Positions 33,566 to 33,651 of a DNA stretch of 33,651 bases are shown here, piece by piece. The stretch covers positions 1 through 33,651 of the forward strand of contig JBDNDK010000002.1 in assembly GCA_046719185.1 (NCBI GenBank), written 5' to 3'. The translations under genes and the position numbers were made by a program. Source of the stretch: Armatimonadota bacterium. GTDB lineage: Bacteria > Armatimonadota > UBA5829. The notes beneath the pieces were generated by a model. The model saw only the letters and a program-made list of their open reading frames with translations. It had not been told where the DNA came from and made no database searches. The first letter of the stretch is position 1, and every line of letters starts with the position of its first letter.

Positions 33566-33651
33566 AGTGGGTATGATATAATAAATAGATATAAAAATAA
33601 AGACATTTGAGTTGTCGATATTAAGCAGTTATTGTTTGACTTCTAGAATGG

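Noticed and set aside
1-33651. Defence islands, CRISPR arrays, prophage or transposon content, toxin-antitoxin pairs and compositional islands.
   Set aside because: I saw no spaced direct-repeat array and no integrase, transposase, recombinase or phage structural genes. There are no restriction, helicase or nuclease clusters and no adjacent small ORF pairs typical of toxin-antitoxin systems. Base composition looks uniform by eye across the window, and gene content is housekeeping throughout.

Overview
This AT-rich bacterial chromosomal segment reads as core genome, not as an accessory island. It holds 26 densely packed protein-coding genes and one tRNA, and most genes have a recognisable Shine-Dalgarno site.

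Gene order, left to right:
- dxs (5' end cut by the window edge) and an uncharacterised single-pass membrane protein.
- lepA-lipA-pdhA-pdhB, with pyruvate dehydrogenase E1 alpha/beta only.
- folC, a strongly divergent CarB-like double ATP-grasp protein, a DUF4432/aldose-epimerase-like protein and a tiny 2-TM protein.
- On the minus strand: recR, pyruvate:ferredoxin oxidoreductase, a dihydroorotate-dehydrogenase-like flavoprotein and a 2x[4Fe-4S] ferredoxin.
- A small membrane protein, tRNA-Lys(UUU) and rex.
- rpsO-pnp-M16 peptidase-dapB-asd-RNase J, in Bacillus-like synteny.
- A Gfo/Idh/MocA oxidoreductase, ychF, an APH-family kinase and a PfkB-family kinase.

I found no CRISPR array, transposase, integrase, phage gene, toxin-antitoxin pair or recognisable defence gene. 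I therefore do not claim a defence or mobile system here.

The observations most worth a second look are:
1. An orphan consensus promoter drives a short GC-rich RNA whose terminator stem encloses a THI-box-like GGCUGAGA core. It lies upstream of the APH-family and PfkB kinases.
2. The CarB homologue has lost the metal/ATP-ligating motifs in its first half and has eroded glycine loops in both halves. It has no carA partner in the window and sits in a folC operon.
3. The PFOR / DHOD-like / ferredoxin module contains a DHOD paralogue that lacks the SCPN/SSPN orotate-site motif.
4. A cluster of nested palindromic REP/MITE-like hairpins follows asd, with a decayed look-alike in the next intergenic spacer.

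All functional calls come from motif recognition by eye, and no searches or computations were run.
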